Part shown: positions 26,140 through 38,464 of the stretch, piece after piece
How positions within the stretch are numbered: the stretch's first letter is position 1
Layout: every line of letters starts with the position of its first letter
Assembly (NCBI RefSeq): GCF_001194135.2
Contig: NC_068993.1
Location: 63,457,134-63,521,133 of the forward strand
Origin: Octopus bimaculoides
Taxonomy: Eukaryota
Length of the DNA: 64,000 nt
Reading direction: 5' to 3'
Made by a program: the position numbers and the translations under genes
The notes under the pieces: generated by a model
Databases searched by the model: none
Told to the model about the DNA's origin: nothing
Seen by the model: the letters and a program-made list of their open reading frames with translations, nothing else

Positions 26140-26370
26140 TAATTGTCATCATCATCATCGTTTAATGTCCGTTTTTCTATGCTGGCATGGGTTGGATAGT
26201 TTGGCTGGGGACTGGCAAGGCTGGAAGACTGCACCAGACTCCAGTCTGATTTGGCAAGGTCTTTACAGCTGGATGCCCTTCCTAATGCCAACCACTCTGA
26301 GAGTGTAGTGGGTGCTTTTTACAAGCCACCAGCACGAGAGCCAGTCAGGCGGCACTGGCATCGACCACGG
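26140..26370 (-). mobile_element. RTE-type LINE tail copy
   Basis: catcatcatcatcgtttaatgtccg...catgggttgga...gatgcccttcctaatgccaaccact. Related copies lie near 25575-25725(-), 35555-35765(+), 39005-39210(-) and 60622-60870(-). Confidence 0.8.
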
Positions 26371-26590
26371 CAATATGCTAATTAATTCTTCAGGTTAGTG
26401 TAGACCTGGAAACGATAATTGTTAAGAGTAGATTCCCCTCCTCTCAAAACCATGGAACTCCAAAACCAGGGCCCCATAACCAGTTGCAGATTAAAGTCTA
26501 TAAGTACCTGGTGACAGCTGTGTAAAGTAAACGAGCTTAGAGGCTTTGTATATGTTCCACAAGGTGCTAAACATACTTTTATTCTACAAA

Positions 26591-26913
26591 TGGCACTCCA
26601 TCGGTTCTGATGAAGAGGGTTCCAGTTGATCCAACCAACGGAACAACCTGCTTGTGAAATTAATGTGTAAGTGGCTGAGTACTCCACAGACACGTGGACC
26701 CTTAATGTAGTTCTCAGGGAAATTAAGAGTGTGACACAGAGTGTGACAAGGCTGACCCCTTTGAAATACAGATACAACTCTTTTACCATGTTAGTGGACT
26801 GGAGCAACATGAAATAAAGTGTCTTGCTCAAGGACACAATGCACTGCTGGGAATTGATCTGACAACCTTATGATTGTAAGCTGGATACCCTAACCACCAA
26901 ACCACGTGCCTTC
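26591..26913 (-). mobile_element. SINE family C, near full length, tRNA-like head at right end
   Basis: Minus strand begins gaaggcacgtggtttggtggttagggtatcc...gatcaattcccagcagtgcattgtgtccttgagcaagacactttatttca, with A-box/B-box-like spacing. The body is shared with 15116-15365. Confidence 0.75.
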
Positions 26914-27351
26914 ACCTTTATTCCACAATACTAACCTGAATCAGAGAGCGATGAAGAGTTGAATCCCTGACTGCTTAGACTAGGAATGTTTGGTGAGTAC
27001 ATGGTCACCCAGATTGAGTCCTATATCAACCTGGCCAGTGGTGGGGAGGAGCTTCTTAAAGGGCTGTTGATTGTATTAAGAAGAAGGGAAGTTTCAATGA
27101 AGAATTGATGACAAGAGTTGAATGTTTAGAGTAAATTATTTTGTTTTTTAGTTTGGGCAGAGAGGAGTAGGTTGAGGTGCGTGGAACGAAGTTCTTTCCC
27201 CATCATCTGTCAAAGACTTAGCAGAACAATGAAAGCTACAAGCAGAAATATTTGTCTATTAAGGAATTATTTGAAAAATTTGGCAAGTGGAAGAGAGAGA
27301 GAGAGAGAGGGAGAGAGAGAGAGAGAGAGAGAGNNNNNNNNNNNNNNNNNN

Positions 27352-27383
<32 letters not shown>

Positions 27384-29481
27384 TGTAATGGGGTAGATGA
27401 GGAAGGGAGAGGAGGAAGATGGGTTTTGATTCTCATCTGTTTAGGCATTAATTACTGAAGAATCTCGACCCTCCATCGCCCATCATCAAGTAATTTGGTC
27501 TCCACCTGCCTTCAACAGAGTGCGGAGGAGGAGGAGGAGGAGTGAAGATGTAGAGAAAGAGACAGAGAGAATGAATTGTATGAAAGAGGATTGTGTCAGT
27601 AGTAGGAGGTGGGGATGGTGGTGGAGGTGAGATCCGGGGGGGGGTGGTGTNNNNNNNNNNGGGATGGTGGTGGAGGTGAGATCCGGGGGGGGGTGTAATA
27701 ATGCCCTCACTCTCTCCCCTACCTCTCCTCCCCTCTCTCTCTTCTCATCCTTTACAGAATCAGCCAGGAGCAGAAGAGGAGATTGTATCCTATAACCTGG
27801 AGTTTGCTGTCAACAATGACGATGACGATGATGATGGTGGTGATTGTTATAATGATGACATAAGACTGATGAGGTTGATTAAGCTAATGGGGGGGGAGAA
27901 GAAGATGGAGGAGGAGGAGGAGNNNNNNNNNNNNNNNNNNNNNNNNNNNNNNNNNNNNNNNNNNNNNNNNNNNNNNNNNNNNNNNNNNNNNNNNNNNNNN
28001 NNNNNNNNNNNNNNNNNNNNNNNNNNNNNNNNNNNNNNNNNNNNNNNNNNNNNNNNNNNNNNNNNNNNNNNNNNNNNNNNNNNNNNNNNNNNNNNNNNNN
28101 NNNNNNNNNNNNNNNNNNNNNNNNNNNNNNNNNNNNNNNNNNNNNNNNNNNNNNNNNNNNNNNNNNNNNNNNNNNNNNNNNNNNNNNNNNNNNNNNNNNN
28201 NNNNNNNNNNNNNNNNNNNNNNNNNNNNNNNNNNNNNNNNNNNNNNNNNNNNNNNNNNNNNNNNNNNNNNNNNNNNNNNNNNNNNNNNNNNNNNNNNNNN
28301 NNNNNNNNNNNNNNNNNNNNNNNNNNNNNNNNNNNNNNNNNNNNNNNNNNNNNNNNNNNNNNNNNNNNNNNNNNNNNNNNNNNNNNNNNNNNNNNNNNNN
28401 NNNNNNNNNNNNNNNNNNNNNNNNNNNNNNNNNNNNNNNNNNNNNNNNNNNNNNNNNNNNNNNNNNNNNNNNNNNNNNNNNNNNNNNNNNNNNNNNNNNN
28501 NNNNNNNNNNNNNNNNNNNNNNNNNNNNNNNNNNNNGGGACAAACAGGCACAAAGACACACAAGCGCATAGATACATACATGAAGGATTCCTTCAGTTTC
28601 CACCCACTGAATCCACAGACACGCTTTGGTCAGCCTGAGGCTTAGTGTCCCACCACTGCTTGGTAACTGGTGTTGGTGTGTTTATGTCCCCATTACTTAG
28701 CCGTTCAGTGCTTATTTTATTGACTCTGGTGAGAAGAAAGCAAAGTTGACTGAGATGCCAGAGACATAAGCAAATACCACCAGGTATTTTTATTCAACAC
28801 CTTCACTCTGCCATCCCTTCTCCACACACACACACTTTCCCATGACCTAATTTCACTGACAAGACTTTGGTCAGCCCAAGGCTATGGGAGAAGATACTCA
28901 AAGGGTCACAAAATGAGATTGAATCCAGAACCATGGGATTGCAAAGCAAACTTCTTTACCACGGGGTCATGCCTGCACCTAAGATAATAAATTTATCTGG
29001 ACTAGGTCCCTTTAGAGGGGTAGAAATGGAATGTTGAGATGTTTGATTGTTTTCCAGTAAATGAAACGAAAAGGCTCCAACTGGGAATTGAAATCTTATC
29101 TCTTTCTTGGTTTTTGCTCTGTAGCACTCACCACTCTAATTATATAAAAAAGAGAATTTGTTGGGTGTGAATTTGTAAGAAAAATGAGATTTAGCAGCTG
29201 AAATTGATTCCAGTTCAAGTCTGGTACAATCTCAGCAGGATGAATGGTGAGATTTGAACTCAAAAATATACGAGAACAGAATCAAATACTGTATTTAATC
29301 AATCACGTTAGCATTTCTCTCTCACAACTGACTCTTTGGCCTGGAACTACCATTTTTATCTTCCACTTCTCTAAGAACAGCCACAACAACGTTTCTTGAA
29401 ACAAAAATATTTATTCGATATAAAGGAAGTGAGGTGATTTAATTCCATAAGTCTCAGACAAAATCCCATTAATTCTGCTAT

Positions 29482-29549
<68 letters not shown>

Positions 29550-29671
29550 ATGTGAGAATGGGAGCTTATAAAAGTGAGGGTATACATGTCCCAAGTATGT
29601 GGGTGCTTGCTTGTGAGAGAGCTTACAAGAGTGAGTCTGTGTGTATGAAATGGAAGAAAGAGAAAGTAGAG

Positions 29672-29716
<45 letters not shown>

Positions 29717-30479
29717 GTGCACTACAGTCTGTGGTATTAATGGTCACAGTTGGAAGAAAGAGAAGGAAGAATTTCGCTGCCAGTTCTCTCTGCCTGCTGA
29801 GACTTGCAATCTAACCTAATTTCTTCCCTAAGGACCTGTTTTGGTTTGTCTACTGAAAGAAAGAAATTATATATAAATAAATAAATAAATCATTTCCTAA
29901 ATGTAGGGAGTCAAGGCTAAGATGCATATGCCCCCCCCCCATTTCTCCCTCTTCTTCCTGTCGTCATAGAGTTTGAGGGGCTTTTGGGGGAAGGCACAAT
30001 ATTAATTGTAATAATAAAGATGACTTCTAAATAACAGTTATAATAATATTTCTCATATTGGTAGAGGGCCGATAATTTCAGGGAAGGAAGAACAGTTGAG
30101 TGTATCGACCCCAGTAGATGACTGGTACACTTTAGGTTATCAACTCCAGAAGATTGAAAAGCAAAGATGATCTTGGTCAGACTTACACCTCCCCCCAAAT
30201 TGTTGGCCTTAGGAATTACATGGTCAGTTCTGAGAATTTGACTTCCAGACAGAAAAGGTGTTAGAGCACTGAAGGCCGGATAGAGTAACGTTTAGCAGGG
30301 ACAAACAAGTCCCTAATGATTGACACGGCAGTGCCTGGCGATCAACATATCATCATGAAAGAAAGAGAAAAGGTTGATAAGTATGGAAACCTGAGACACT
30401 GGCCCAAGGTGACATGAACCGGGGGGGGGGGGACCATGTGGTTGGTAAGCAAGCTACTTACCACACTGCCACTCCTATC

Positions 30480-30960
30480 TATATTGGTGTGAGTCACTTG
30501 GACACATCATCAGTGTTATTTCCTGAGGGTCATTAGGGGTTTCAGGTTGTTGAACACCAGATGCCCACTCCCAGGTCGCCCAGCTGAGATTGATCAAGCC
30601 ACTGTGTCCAGTTAACATTACTCCTGGTAACCCTAACCCCATCCAGATTTCCTGATACACAACCACCTTCACAGCCAACCTGATCGCCTTCACTCTATCA
30701 GTCTCTGCAGTGACAAGCTGTCTGCTCAAAAGTGGGACTGACCCTCAAACCATCTTCATCCAATTCCAATGGGATCCCTCGTCCCATGGCACCCGTTGAT
30801 TTAGCATAATGCCATAAGTTAAGTATATTCCCTCCTCTCATTCTTGTTAGCATCCTTGATGCAATCCTCTTGAGGAATGGAACCAATATATAATCCAAAT
30901 TCTACACCAGACCAGTAACCTAATATCTACCAATAGATGTATGCATATCCTTATATAAAC
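30480..30960 (-). mobile_element. Possible highly decayed non-LTR retrotransposon ORF2 fragment
   Basis: Two overlapping minus-strand ORFs (30698-30898, 30475-30729) with coding-like composition and weak resemblance to L1/Tx1 C-termini. No diagnostic motif was found. Confidence 0.25.
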
Positions 30961-31190
30961 TTACAAATCTTATACTAAAGCCCTCCAAAATCTGGATTAT
31001 ATCAAAAAATTTAATTGAATCATACAAGCAGTTTACTCATTAGAAATTTAATTTTGAAAGGGTTCAGTCAGTGTTTGGAACAAAATATTCTTATATAAAT
31101 TTATGATGGAATGTTTTCATTTAAATATAAACAATTTCAAACATATTTCTCTTAAAGAAATGTTTCGGTTTTATTCAACTGAAAGCAGAG

Positions 31191-31249
<59 letters not shown>

Positions 31250-32707
31250 TTCCCTCTCCCTCCCCCCTCTCTCTCCCCCTCAGGCTGCTCTCAAATGAAT
31301 ATGGTTAGCTAATCTTTTCAAAACCTACCAACTCTCATAAACGTTATGTATATATGAGCATAGGCATATATATATATACGTGTGTGTGTGTATGTGTGTG
31401 TGTATGTGTGTGTATGTGTGTGTGTATGTGTGTGTGTAATATTCATATAATGTAAGAGATCAAAGTTTATTCATGTCTGTGTCTGTCCCTTTGACTGCTT
31501 TCGTTTCAGTTTTGTTGTTGTTGTTGTTGTTGTGCTGCTAATAAAAAATTACAATACCATCATAGCAATCATATTAACAATTAATTACACACAATTCTAT
31601 TAAGCTTATTTTATTATTATCATCTTAGAATATACACACATACATCTATATATATATATATATACACACACATATATAGGCACACACATATGCACATATA
31701 TGTATATACACACACATGCTAACACACACACACGTATATATATGTATACAAACACTTACACACAAGTATATGTGTTGTTGGGTCTCAAAGTATTTTGTCT
31801 GATGTCTGCTCTACAACTTTGGTGTCTGATTCTTCACAGAAATAATGGTGAACTCTACAACTGTAGTACCAGTGACCAGGGAGTGACGTCTGAGGAATTA
31901 CTTTGGTACTTCGTAGTAGCAGTAGTAATAATAGCAGCAGCAGCAGCAGCGACCACACACAAAAAAAAAACGAATGTAACTGTTTCCATGTTTTGTAATG
32001 GTTTACGTTTATAGAGCATGATGGAATTGTTTAGGTTTTGATCTCACAATTCCAGAACAAACCATTCAGGAACATACACCCAGGAATGTCTAGCTTTGTG
32101 TGTGTGTGTATGTGTGGGGGGAGAGAGAGAGAGAGAGAGTGAACATTGCCAAACATCAATTTCAGAATTGATTCCTCTTCAGGGAATATTTGCAGAGTTC
32201 AATGATATTTTGTTGTTGTTGTTCAACCCTAGGTGAGTCCACGTGGAGCAGAATTATGATCAAAAATGTTCCAGTTGTGACCATGTTAAATACTTGTATA
32301 TCTAGGACTACATTATCCAATGTGTACATGTCTGTTTGCTATTTCCAACAGGCCGAGCTTTCATGTTGGGCAAGGACGGTGAGACTTTTTGATCTTATGA
32401 GTCAACTGGTTATCAATAAAAACATGGAGGGGTGAGTCTTGGCTGAGAAGAAGAATAAATGCTTAATTTTATAAACTCATAACCACTGCTACCGCCACCA
32501 CCACCAAAAAGAAAAGTGGGCTTGCTACTTACTGCCTATGGTACCATGCTACCTGTTTTCTTTTCCAACTATCAAATACTTTCCTGGTTGTGCCTATTAT
32601 TATTATTATTATTATTATTATTGGTTTGTTCATTTTGAGAAGTTGTAGATATAATAGTTTGTAAAAAAGACAAGTTGAGTTTGTTAAGCTTCTTACTTCA
32701 TTACATA

Positions 32708-32777
<70 letters not shown>

Positions 32778-33030
32778 NNNNNNNNNNNNNNNNNNNNNNN
32801 NNNNNNNNNNNNNNNNNNNNNNNNNNNNNNNNNNNNNNNNNNNNNNNNNNNNNNNNNNNNNNNNNNNNNNNNNNNNNNNNNNNNNNNNNNNNNNNNNNNN
32901 NNNNNNNNNNNNNNNNNNNNNNNNNNNNNNNNNNNNNNNNNNNNNNNNNNNNNNNNNNNNNNNNNNNNNNNNNNNNNNNNNNNNNNNNNNNNNNNNNNNN
33001 NNNNNNNNNNNNNNNNNNNNNNNNNNNNNN

Positions 33031-33103
<73 letters not shown>

Positions 33104-33679
33104 AAAGATAGTGTGAGTAAATGAGAAAAATGAAAAGAGTTTCTTGATTTTTATGTAAACGGTAAAGATGAGTTTTGTGGGTGAAGAAAAGATTAAAAAA
33201 GAGAAAAAAGCAGATAAAAAGCATTGGGAATTGGTTGTGTGTGTGTGTGTGTTTTATGAGAGACAAAATGAAATACGTTCTGTTTTTTTTTTTTAAATTC
33301 CTCACCAATAAAAAAAAAAGAGCTGGTTTCTAACCCAGAAACAAGGCTTCCCATTGGAATTTAAACAACATTAACTACACATGTTCCTCTTATGTTTCAT
33401 ATTTTCCTCCACTTATCTTCACCATTTCTCATTTTCTTTTCTACATTTATCAATTTTATGTTGTGGCAATAATTTCTGTTTTGACAGTTTTTTTTTTTTT
33501 CATGTAGGATTTTTTTCCCCAGAATAAGAAGCACTATATTTATTTGCCAAACAGATTCATGCTTTTAAATGTTGTAATTCTTAAATACTTGTTTTGAAAT
33601 TCAGTAAAAACATGTTTTCTTTGAAGATGTCCCCTTCAGTGGCATCTTCTGAAGAATTCAAGTCTTCATGTAACTCTTG

Positions 33680-33830
33680 CCCGACAGAGATTTTCTTAAA
33701 CTTTGCAACATCAAATTATTTGAAGCATTGAAAATTCTAATTTCTAATTTTGAGTCTTAATTTTGATATCAGATTATGATCCATGTCAACTTCTGTAGCT
33801 CTGATGACCTGGATGTCTCTCCCATCATTT
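33680..33830 (-). mobile_element. Decayed LINE AP-endonuclease C-terminal fragment
   Basis: Minus-strand translation DIQVIRATEVDMDHNLISKLRLKIR...FDVAKFK resembles the D.RV.RGAD..SDH.L...KL.LK....FDV.KL motif of RTE-type endonucleases. Confidence 0.45.
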
Positions 33831-34099
33831 AAATTTTATCTCTAGGTTAGAACATAAATAAATGGTAAGCTGACTGTGTCTATAATCTGAAAACAGATGC
33901 CAAAAGGATTCTGAGGAAGTTCCTTTTATTTGGAAGTCAATTCTATGATCTCTGCTCCGTTTCATGTTCTCCTGTTAGAGCTAAGGATGCCAAATCACTT
34001 ATTAAAGTTTAAAATAAATTCCTTCAACAACGGCATAATGAACATTGTGTGACAGAATTATGGGTCACATGGTGCAGAGCTCTAATCCTTTAACTTCAT

Positions 34100-34235
34100 T
34101 CTCTCTCTCTCTCTCTCTCTCTCCCATTCTTCCTCTCTCTCTCTCTCTCCCATTCTTCCTCTCTCTCTCCCATTCTTCTTCTCTCTCTCCCATTCTTCCT
34201 CTCTCTCTCTCTCTCTCTCCCATTCTTCCTCTCTC
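34100..34235. repeat. Compound pyrimidine minisatellite, about 5 units of (CT)n-CCCATTCTTC
   Basis: Repeated ctctctctcccattcttc units are directly visible and continue into a pyrimidine-rich tract to about 34600. Confidence 0.85.
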
Positions 34236-35045
34236 TTTCAATTCCTTCATTTCCATCATCTTTCACCATCTCTAAACCAACAAATCTCACTCTTTCTCTT
34301 TGACATCTCTCCTCTCTTTCTGTTATCACTCTCTCTCTCTCTATTCTCTTATTCCTCCACCTCTCTCTCTTCATCTCCTCTCTCCCTGCTGCTTTACCTC
34401 TCATACTCTCCTTCTCAACCCTTTTCTCTGTCTTTCCCCTTCTCCTCCTCTTCCCCCCCTACCATTTCCTTCTGTCCCTTTCCCTCATCCCTACCATCCT
34501 TTCTCCACCCCTCCCTCTCACCTCATTCTTCTTACTCTTTCATTCCCCCCCTACCTTCCCTCTCATCCCCCCCCCCGTCTTTATCTCCCTACTTGAAACT
34601 GATGGAGTCTGCAGCTCCACCCCCCATCGCCCCCCCACTCCACTAATAATTTCATCCCAGGTGATGAAATGATGTGATGCTGACAACACACAGTAGGCGA
34701 TGTAACAACATTGATGATGATGATGACAGTGTCTGGTAACTATGACGATGATGGTAATAATGACAGAGACTGCTACCTTCTCGTTAACGTGTTCCCAGTG
34801 CTGCAAGATACATTATTCACTAACGAGGAATAGTCCCATCGACATTCATAACAGCAACAGCAGCAACAACAACAACAACAACAGTCGTTTCTATTGTAGA
34901 CACAAAACCTGAAATTCGGTGGGGGTGGGGTGGGGCTTATTACAACAGAACGGAACCTGGGACCTATTTCCATCAACCCTGAAAGGATGAAAGGTGGAGT
35001 TGACCTCTGTGGGGTTTGAACTCAAAACATAATGCTAACCTTAAC

Positions 35046-35074
<29 letters not shown>

Positions 35075-35081
<7 letters not shown>

Positions 35082-35235
35082 CAACATTGAAAAATACCTT
35101 AGGAATGAGAACCCAGGTTTGAAATTTCCCCAAGACACCTGATGAAGGCTGGAGGTGTATCAGCCAAAACGTGTTAACGACAAACAAGATGAGGACAAAT
35201 ATCCGTCGAATGTAAATAATGTAAATAATTCCTCA
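35075..35235 (+). mobile_element. Penelope-like pseudo-LTR remnant with a degenerate hammerhead-like motif
   Basis: gacac-CTGATGA-aggctg-gaggtgtat-cagcc-aaaac-gtgtt: stem I (gacac/gtgtt), the core CUGAUGA and stem II (ggctg/cagcc) are present, but GAAA and stem III are damaged. Confidence 0.45.
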
Positions 35236-36657
35236 TCCCTTAAACATAGCACTGTACCCCTCTCACTACCTGTACCTACTCCCCACATACTCCCTTCCAC
35301 CTCACACTTTCCTCTCACAATTTTGCAATTCCCACACCCACCCACCCACTCACCCTCTCCATCTCCATCCACCTGTACCATGGATGTCCACCCCATCAGA
35401 GCTTCACTCTCTCTCTCTCTTTCCCTCCCCCCCTTTCCCCTCTCTCTGAAGCAGCCATATTTCTTCTCTATGGCAAGTTACTTATTTCTGCCCCTCAATA
35501 CTCCCTCCTGCCCTCAGTCTAGGGGTCTTTTTTTTAAGTTACTGGGTGACCCTACAAATGCTGGTGCCACATATAAAGCACTGATGCTGGTGCCATGTAA
35601 AAAGCACCCAGTACACTTCAAAGCATTTGGCATTAGGAAGGGCATCCAGCCATAGAATTCATGCCAGAGGAGACAGTAGAGCCTGGCGCAGTCTTCTGAC
35701 TTACCAGATCCTGTCAAACCGTCCAACCCATGCCAGCATAGAAAACACACTTAAATGATGATGATGTGACTTAAAGGAGATCTGACTGCTATTTCTAGCA
35801 GGTTAGTCAACAATGTAGAGGAGGTCTCCCTGCCCAGCCTGCAGGAGATGAAATTACTGTTTCATTGCTGTTATTTTATATCATCAATCCCTAAACACGC
35901 AGCTGCTGGTCCTGTTTTCACTCATAATTGACGTCTTCATTATGATCGTTAGGTTCAGTGGTTCGTCTCAGTGAGTTAGGCTTTCAAAAAAACTGTCTAA
36001 CTTCGACTTTGTTGTTCTTAGTCTGCTTCGTAAACCATTTAATCTAGGTGGGGCACCCTGCACCCCTTGCTTTCTAATATTTTTACATTTTCTGACTTTC
36101 TCTNNNNNNNNNNNNNNNNNNNNNNNNNNNNNNNNNNNNNNNNNNNNNNNNNNNNNNNNNNNNNNNNNNNNNNNNNNNNNNNNNNNNNNNNNNNNNNNNN
36201 NNNNNNNNNNNNNNNNNNNNNNNNNNNNNNNNNNNNNNNNNNNNNNNNNNNNNNNNNNNNNNNNNNNNNNNNNNNNNNNNNNNNNNNNNNNNNNNNNNNN
36301 NNNNNNNNNNNNNNNNNNNNNNNNNNNNNNNNNNNNNNNNNNNNNNNNNNNNNNNNNNNNNNNNNNNNNNNNNNNNNNNNNNNNNNNNNNNNNNNNNNNN
36401 NNNNNNNNNNNNNNNNNNNNNNNNNNNNNNNNNNNNNNNNNNNNNNNNNNNNNNNNNNNNNNNNNNNNNNNNNNNNNNNNNNNNNNNNNNNNNNNNNNNN
36501 NNNNNNNNNNNNNNNNNNNNNNNNNNNNNNNNNNNNNNNNNNNNNNNNNNNNNNNNNNNNNNNNNNNNNNNNNNNNNNNNNNNNNNNNNNNNNNNNNNNN
36601 NNNNNNNNNNNNNNNNNNNNNNNNNNNNNNNNNNNNNNNNNNNNNNNNNNNNNNNNN

Positions 36658-36960
36658 GGTGGTGAAGCACGACCTTCGAACATTAGGCCTCACCGAGGCA
36701 ATGGCTAGTGACCAAGACCTTTGGAAATCTGCTGTGCTTGAGAAGACCTGGCAAGCCAAGTGAGACCATAACCCATGGCCTATGCCAGGGGTGTAACCAG
36801 CCCACTTATGCATACCTTTCCTTCATTGGACACTAAACTCTGCTTGTGAAGACCTGTTGAGGCAAGTGAAATCGAAATCAAATTCGATGACTGGCATCCG
36901 AGTGTGATCGTTGCCAAAGCAGTTGAATGGCTTCCGTGCAGGTGGCATGTAAAAGAGTGC
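36658..36960 (+). mobile_element. RTE LINE 3' end (ORF C-terminus plus longer 3' UTR variant), starting at a gap edge
   Basis: Translates VVKHDLRTLGLTEAMASDQDLWKSAVLEKTWQAK*, homologous to 62322-62456. Confidence 0.85.
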
Positions 36961-38414
36961 ATCACATTCGAACTCTTAACCATGGTGTTCTCTCTGGTCA
37001 GTATTATAATTTCCAAGCATGACATCTTAGGCAAGTTTCTTTTACCATAGCCCCAAGTAAGCCCTAAGAGTGAATTTGGCAAAACAGAAACTATACGGAA
37101 GACCTTCAGATGACGGTCTGCTTGAGGAATTGTGAAGAGTCCACAAGTCTGAGGGATACTCAGCCAGTTGAGTTCAGTTGATGAAACAACTGGAAAATTC
37201 TTTGTTGAAAGTGATGCACTTTTGGTCCCTTTTTTATTTGTTTCGGGCACAGAAGGACAAGAGTGGCCATGTGGTAAGAAGTTTGCTTCTCATCCAAATG
37301 GTTTCAGGTTCCGTCCCACTGCGTGGCACCTTGGGCCAGTGTTTTCTGCTGACCAACCAAGGCCTTGTTAGTGGGGCATTGAAGCATTTTAGTCAAATGA
37401 ATCTACCTTTTGTTTTTAAGCCTGCTGCTTATTCTGTCAGTCTCTTTTGTGGAGCTGCTAAGTTACAGGGACGTAAACACACCAACACCAGTTGTTAAGC
37501 AGTGCTGGGGGATCAACACAGACACAAAGACACACACACACACACACACACACATGACAGGCTTCTTTCAGTTTCCACCTACCAAATCCACTCACAAGAC
37601 TTTGGTCAGTCCAAGGCTATAGTAGAAGACACATGCACAAGGTGTCACATAGTGAGACTGAACCCAGAACAATGTGGTTAGGAAGCACATATATAAAATC
37701 TATTTCTTATTCCTAAAAACTAGCAGAAAACTAATCAGAGCCATAAGGTAGTGTTTCTGCTAGTTTAAAGAATTTAAAATAACTTTTTTATGCCTTAAAA
37801 CCAAGTTTTATTGCATATTTTATTTGTTTATGAAAAGTCAGTTTTTTTTTCTGCCATTTTCCAAACTGAGATGCCGCCTTAAGAACTTCTCAAATTCTCT
37901 GAGAGGATGCTGACAGGTTTTATTATTTTTGGTATTTAAATGCCTGTATTGGTTTGGGAAACATGTTTGTTACATTCTGAAGTCTTTTATTTGGCAAACA
38001 GTCTGCGAAACAATGTAGAAAAGATGAAGTGAGGTAATTGGTAAGTGATATTCTTTGGTTTGTGAAAGAAAAATAAAAGATCGCGCCATACACACTTATT
38101 AACCGTTATTGCCAGTCAACTGAGAAGGTAATTAATCCATAGGGGTATATTTATATGGGTACATGGAAATGTAGAATGTATGTGAGGGTGAATCCGTATA
38201 CTTGTGTAGGTGTGTGTATATAAATTTGTGCAGTTGTGTGAGTGTGTAGATTCAAAAACAATTAGATAAATAGAACACACCCACTCATGCGTTAGGCTAA
38301 TTATATTTATAGATTGTCAATTAATCTATTTTCATCCATATATAAGGCCCTCTCTATATCTGTCTGTCTGCTGCCTGTTTATCTATCTATCTATCTATCT
38401 ATCTACCGACCTAC

Positions 38415-38464
<50 letters not shown>

